From a virus (taxonomy: Duplodnaviria > Caudoviricetes), in the IMG/VR virus record IMGVR_UViG_3300020042_005441, positions 1 through 38,267 of that record: a stretch of 38,267 nucleotides of DNA; one strand, written 5' to 3'. A model generated the notes under the pieces. That model saw only the letters and a program-made list of their open reading frames with translations. It searched no databases and was not told the DNA's origin. Position 1 is the stretch's first letter. The number at the start of each line of letters is the position of its first letter. A program made the position numbers and the translations under genes. Shown here piece by piece: positions 34,549 to 38,267 of the stretch.

Positions 34549-37334
34549 TGGCTTCACAAGAAGATACCAAATTTGATCATCAAGCATTTTTAGCTTCTCA
34601 CATAGATGATATTAGTCAAAATATAATTAATAACTTTGAGTACATAAGCACAATTGATACTCAAAATAAATCTTTATCCGAGACATTTGCTTTACTTACT
34701 GGTAAGACAGAAGAATTTTCTTTTACAAAACTTAAATCACATCAATATTCTGCTCTATTACCAAAAGTAAGATTATTTAGAGTTGACTCTAATGAAAATG
34801 GTGATAAAGAATATGAATTTGTTTTTAGAAAAGATACAAGTTATAATGAAAATGTATTAGGACAAAATCTTATTAGGGATAATAGTGCTGGTATTAAAAG
34901 CATAAATTGGACCTTAGCAGGAACCAACCCAACAACAGCACAAAAGTCTATTGAATGTTCTGTTGAGTTTTATTTCAGTTCAATCAATGCTTTCTCTGGT
35001 GGTGATTATGATAAAATGTTGGAGTTTTGGAATAGTGATCCTAAAAAAGACTTTACTAAATCTGGATTTGATGATGGTTTCACAACAAGAAATTATTGGG
35101 CTTTATTATTTCATCCTACATTACCAAAAGAGGGCTATGAAACAACAAAATTTAGAATAAAAGCAGTTATAGGATGGGAAAGCATTGGAAACAATATTAA
35201 ACAAGAATTATTTATGGGTATGGATAAAATAGAAGATGAATTACAAGACTCAAATTTATCTATGTATCTAAACTTGGTTAGACACGAATTTTCTTTTAAC
35301 GAAGATGGTTCAATCAAAATTAAAGCAGATTACATTGGATCACTTGAAAATGCTATGTTTAATTATAATTATGATTTGTTTAGAGGATTAAAAAAACAAA
35401 TAAATGATTTCAATTCAAAACCACTTCAAAATGAGATATATACTGGTGGTGGTGATGAATTTAGTGGTCCTGCTACAGCAACAGAAACAGTTAATTTATC
35501 ACAACAACAAAAGAAACTCAAGCTTTTAAGTGATTTAAGAAGTGGAGGTTTAAATACAGAAGGATGTAATGATTCCCAACAAATAGCTTTAATAGAAAAA
35601 TTAAGAAAAGTACCACCAGAGACATATAATGATTATATAACGAAAGAACAAGAAGAATTAACAAGAATAGAAAAAATTTATAAAGAAGCAGAAGTAAAAA
35701 TAAAGAATACATTTTATGGTTCATTAGTAGCAAGATTATTAGATAAAGAAGAAGGTGCAAAGGTAAAACTCTATCTTATTAGTTTAGACGCTACCCAGAT
35801 TACTGAATGGATCAATTGGAAAAATAAAGAAGTGGATACTACCACAACCGAACAACCTCCGTCAAAAGTTCCCGATATTAATTTTGGAACAATAGGTTTT
35901 AGTGATCCGGTAAGTGATGTACAAAATAAACTTAATAATTTATCAGTGGGTACTACAACTACACCAGAATCAGAAGCAAGTGTAATATCACAAGATATCT
36001 ATTATACCACAGTTGGAAATTTGTTAGATGCAGCACACTCTATTATCGAAAAAGGGTCTATTAAGGAGGATGTTCCATCTGCGGACGGTGGACCATTAGA
36101 ACCAAACTTATTAAAAGAATTCAAAAGAAACAAGATTGTTTTTTCTTGCCTAGATAGTGATAGCAAAGTTAATATAGCAAATATTCCAATAGCATTCAAT
36201 AGTTTATTAGAGTTTTTCTTGGAAAAAATATATAAACCACAAAAAACAGAATACTCATTGTATCAGTTTATAAAAGATGTTATAACTGCTTTGGTAGAAC
36301 CAGCAATTAATTTAAGAAGTGTAGCAAATTCTGGTATTAACCAATATTCAAATACATCATTAGCAACTAATATAATAACACTTAAGAATAAAATTAAAGA
36401 TAAAGCACCATTAGATGGTTTTATCGAACAACCAAAGGGCATAGGAAACAGTAATAATAACAATATTGTTTTAGATAAAATAACAAAAAAAAATATAAAA
36501 CCATATTATCCTTCAAATAGTCAAGAAGGAAATTATTATTTTTATTATTTTATATATGATATTTATCTAAAAGATTTTGGTGGAAAAGGTGATTCAGTAG
36601 AAGATGCAAAAAGAGGAATATATCATTATACAATAGGACAAGATTATGGGTTAATTAAATCAATTAACTTTAAGAAAAGCGATCAACCGTACCTTCGTGA
36701 GTCAAAATCAATAGGTAAAAAAACAATTTATTTAGGTCAATTTAGAGATATATACCAAGCAAGCGTAAATATGGTAGGAAACAATATTTATACACCCGGA
36801 ATGATTTTATTATTAAAACCTTCTGTTGAATTTGGAAATGTTATAGGGTCAGTAGACGAGAATTCTAAACCATCTTTTTCTCAAATAACTGGTGTTGGAG
36901 GTTATTATAGTGTTATAAAAGCTTCTAATACTATAGATGAGAATGGATTTTCTACATCGTTAGAATGTTTATTTCATTCTAATGCACCAAAAGCAAAAAA
37001 AGTAGCAAAAGAAAAAGCTTGTGAACAGGAGTTAGTTGATATTCTGAATGATCCAGAATTTCTTAAACTTCTTGAAGAAGTTAAAGAGGTTGTGAAGGAA
37101 GAAGAAGCAAAGATAGCAGCCGTGGAAGCATTTAAGAAACAATTTGCGGCATCGGCAATGAGTGAAATGGATAATATACCCATCGTAGACGAAACCCTTG
37201 GTGCGCTCCTTGGCACAGTTAAAGGATTAGCGACAGGAACAGCAGCAGGGGTCGCCACCTATTTTGGAACTAAGAACACAGATACTATTAATATAGAGAC
37301 ATTTGAAAAAGAAGAAAAAGCTGACAAAGAATAA
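34548..37334 (+). CDS. Large baseplate hub-like protein
   Basis: Position; PKVRLF, GIKSINW, FSFNEDGSI, C-terminal VNMVGNNIYTPGM..GYYSVIKASNTI...FSTSLEC typical of hub folds. Confidence 0.6.
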   Translation: MASQEDTKFDHQAFLASHIDDISQNIINNFEYISTIDTQNKSLSETFALLTGKTEEFSFTKLKSHQYSALLPKVRLFRVDSNENGDKEYEFVFRKDTSYNENVLGQNLIRDNSAGIKSINWTLAGTNPTTAQKSIECSVEFYFSSINAFSGGDYDKMLEFWNSDPKKDFTKSGFDDGFTTRNYWALLFHPTLPKEGYETTKFRIKAVIGWESIGNNIKQELFMGMDKIEDELQDSNLSMYLNLVRHEFSFNEDGSIKIKADYIGSLENAMFNYNYDLFRGLKKQINDFNSKPLQNEIYTGGGDEFSGPATATETVNLSQQQKKLKLLSDLRSGGLNTEGCNDSQQIALIEKLRKVPPETYNDYITKEQEELTRIEKIYKEAEVKIKNTFYGSLVARLLDKEEGAKVKLYLISLDATQITEWINWKNKEVDTTTTEQPPSKVPDINFGTIGFSDPVSDVQNKLNNLSVGTTTTPESEASVISQDIYYTTVGNLLDAAHSIIEKGSIKEDVPSADGGPLEPNLLKEFKRNKIVFSCLDSDSKVNIANIPIAFNSLLEFFLEKIYKPQKTEYSLYQFIKDVITALVEPAINLRSVANSGINQYSNTSLATNIITLKNKIKDKAPLDGFIEQPKGIGNSNNNNIVLDKITKKNIKPYYPSNSQEGNYYFYYFIYDIYLKDFGGKGDSVEDAKRGIYHYTIGQDYGLIKSINFKKSDQPYLRESKSIGKKTIYLGQFRDIYQASVNMVGNNIYTPGMILLLKPSVEFGNVIGSVDENSKPSFSQITGVGGYYSVIKASNTIDENGFSTSLECLFHSNAPKAKKVAKEKACEQELVDILNDPEFLKLLEEVKEVVKEEEAKIAAVEAFKKQFAASAMSEMDNIPIVDETLGALLGTVKGLATGTAAGVATYFGTKNTDTINIETFEKEEKADKE

Positions 37335-37359
37335 CTTATAGGATGAATAAAACTTTATA

Positions 37360-38267
37360 ATGGAACCAAAAGCAAAAAATGATATAAAATCAAATAAGTT
37401 ATATGAATATAGAAAATTCTATGATAAAGTATTTTTTCCAAAAGGTATAGATAACTTAATAAACTTATGGAACAGATCACAACTTTATGGAAGAGTTAAT
37501 AAAGAGTTAGAAACAATCATTCTTAATACAAGTAAATTAAAGAATGTTCCAGACACAACAGAAAAACTTTTTATAAATGAAGTTGTAGCATTAGCTTATA
37601 AAGAATTTAATGATGAATATAGAAAAGCAGATTTTATAAAGATAATACCAAAGAGCAACTTAAATCCATTAAAAGTAAAGAAAACTATAGTAGAACCAAA
37701 CAAAGAATATTTACAACATATTGACTCTATTTTAAATGTTGTTATTGATAATAATCAAAATATATTTAAAAATCAAACAAATTCATTAGAAGAATTTATT
37801 AATAATCTTTGTTCTTTTATTGTCTTTGTAAAACCAATCTTAACAAAGACAAAGTTTATAAATTCAAATTTAACTTCTGTTGCGTCAACTGGTCTTTCAT
37901 TAGAATTCTCTACATTAGAACACGGAAATGATATTCCAAAAGCAAGCAAATTTATAAACGATCAAAACTTTACATTCTTTACAAACACAGCAGAAAAATA
38001 TTCATTCTACATAGATAAAAATGCTCCTTGGAGAATAATCTTTAATGTGAATACTGCTTACGCAAGTTTAAAATTTAATCAGTTAGGTTATACTAGTTTG
38101 GAAGATTTCTTCGATAAGTCTTACACAAAAACTTATCTAGAAGATTACTCTACTATTAGAGATATTATTAAACAAAAATATGCTTCTTTATATGAATCAA
38201 AACCAAAAACTCAAATTTATTCTTATTCTCACGAACAACAAAAAGTTGAGTTAGATACTCTATATAA
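37360..38267 (+). CDS. Baseplate-region protein, 3' truncated by window, with degenerate peptidase M15-like motifs (absent from ORF track)
   Basis: ATG 37360, open for 302 codons to window end: MEPKAKNDIKSNKLYEYRKF...SVASTGLSLEF...NTAEKYSFYIDKNAPWRIIF. Confidence 0.8.
   Translation, partial: MEPKAKNDIKSNKLYEYRKFYDKVFFPKGIDNLINLWNRSQLYGRVNKELETIILNTSKLKNVPDTTEKLFINEVVALAYKEFNDEYRKADFIKIIPKSNLNPLKVKKTIVEPNKEYLQHIDSILNVVIDNNQNIFKNQTNSLEEFINNLCSFIVFVKPILTKTKFINSNLTSVASTGLSLEFSTLEHGNDIPKASKFINDQNFTFFTNTAEKYSFYIDKNAPWRIIFNVNTAYASLKFNQLGYTSLEDFFDKSYTKTYLEDYSTIRDIIKQKYASLYESKPKTQIYSYSHEQQKVELDTLY

Noticed and set aside
18-37258. All minus-strand ORFs and short nested plus-strand ORFs in the track
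   Set aside because: Shadows of long + strand genes, with no RBS or recognisable motifs; only the 3' part of 28415-28756 is kept
23528-37334. Tailocin or extracellular contractile injection system
   Set aside because: Linked terminase, portal, protease and capsid genes show a complete phage
1-38267. Stop-codon reassignment
   Set aside because: Core genes are intact in the standard code; TAA, TGA and TAG all end genes at sensible boundaries
1-38267. tRNA or rRNA genes
   Set aside because: Intergenic gaps are short and none shows a cloverleaf or T-loop pattern

Overview
AT-rich, single-orientation (+ strand) virion morphogenesis module of a large T4-like myophage, read in the standard genetic code. 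In order: C-terminal part of a gp46/SbcC-type ATPase, a spanin-like membrane pair, large terminase, portal, prohead protease, a cluster of probable internal head proteins, a phage-encoded ribosomal protein bS21, Ser/Gly/Thr-rich fibre/collar proteins, scaffold, major capsid protein, neck and terminator proteins, tail sheath, two tail-tube paralogues, tail assembly chaperone, tape measure and baseplate genes. Signals beyond ordinary annotation: (1) a shared N-terminal leader (LxxxxL[KR]QII[KR]EE[LI]) and a scaffold-like C-terminal tag (RxxxLAxIK) on unrelated proteins, suggesting a capsid-cargo addressing system; (2) a probable +1/-2 programmed frameshift at a T7 run in the tail chaperone; (3) a recurring intergenic ACTA[TAC]TTA late-promoter candidate; (4) strong CCWGG avoidance; (5) an unannotated 29-aa Cys-Cys peptide; (6) a probable inactivated M15-peptidase fold. 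All family calls come from motif recognition and gene order; no database searches were run.
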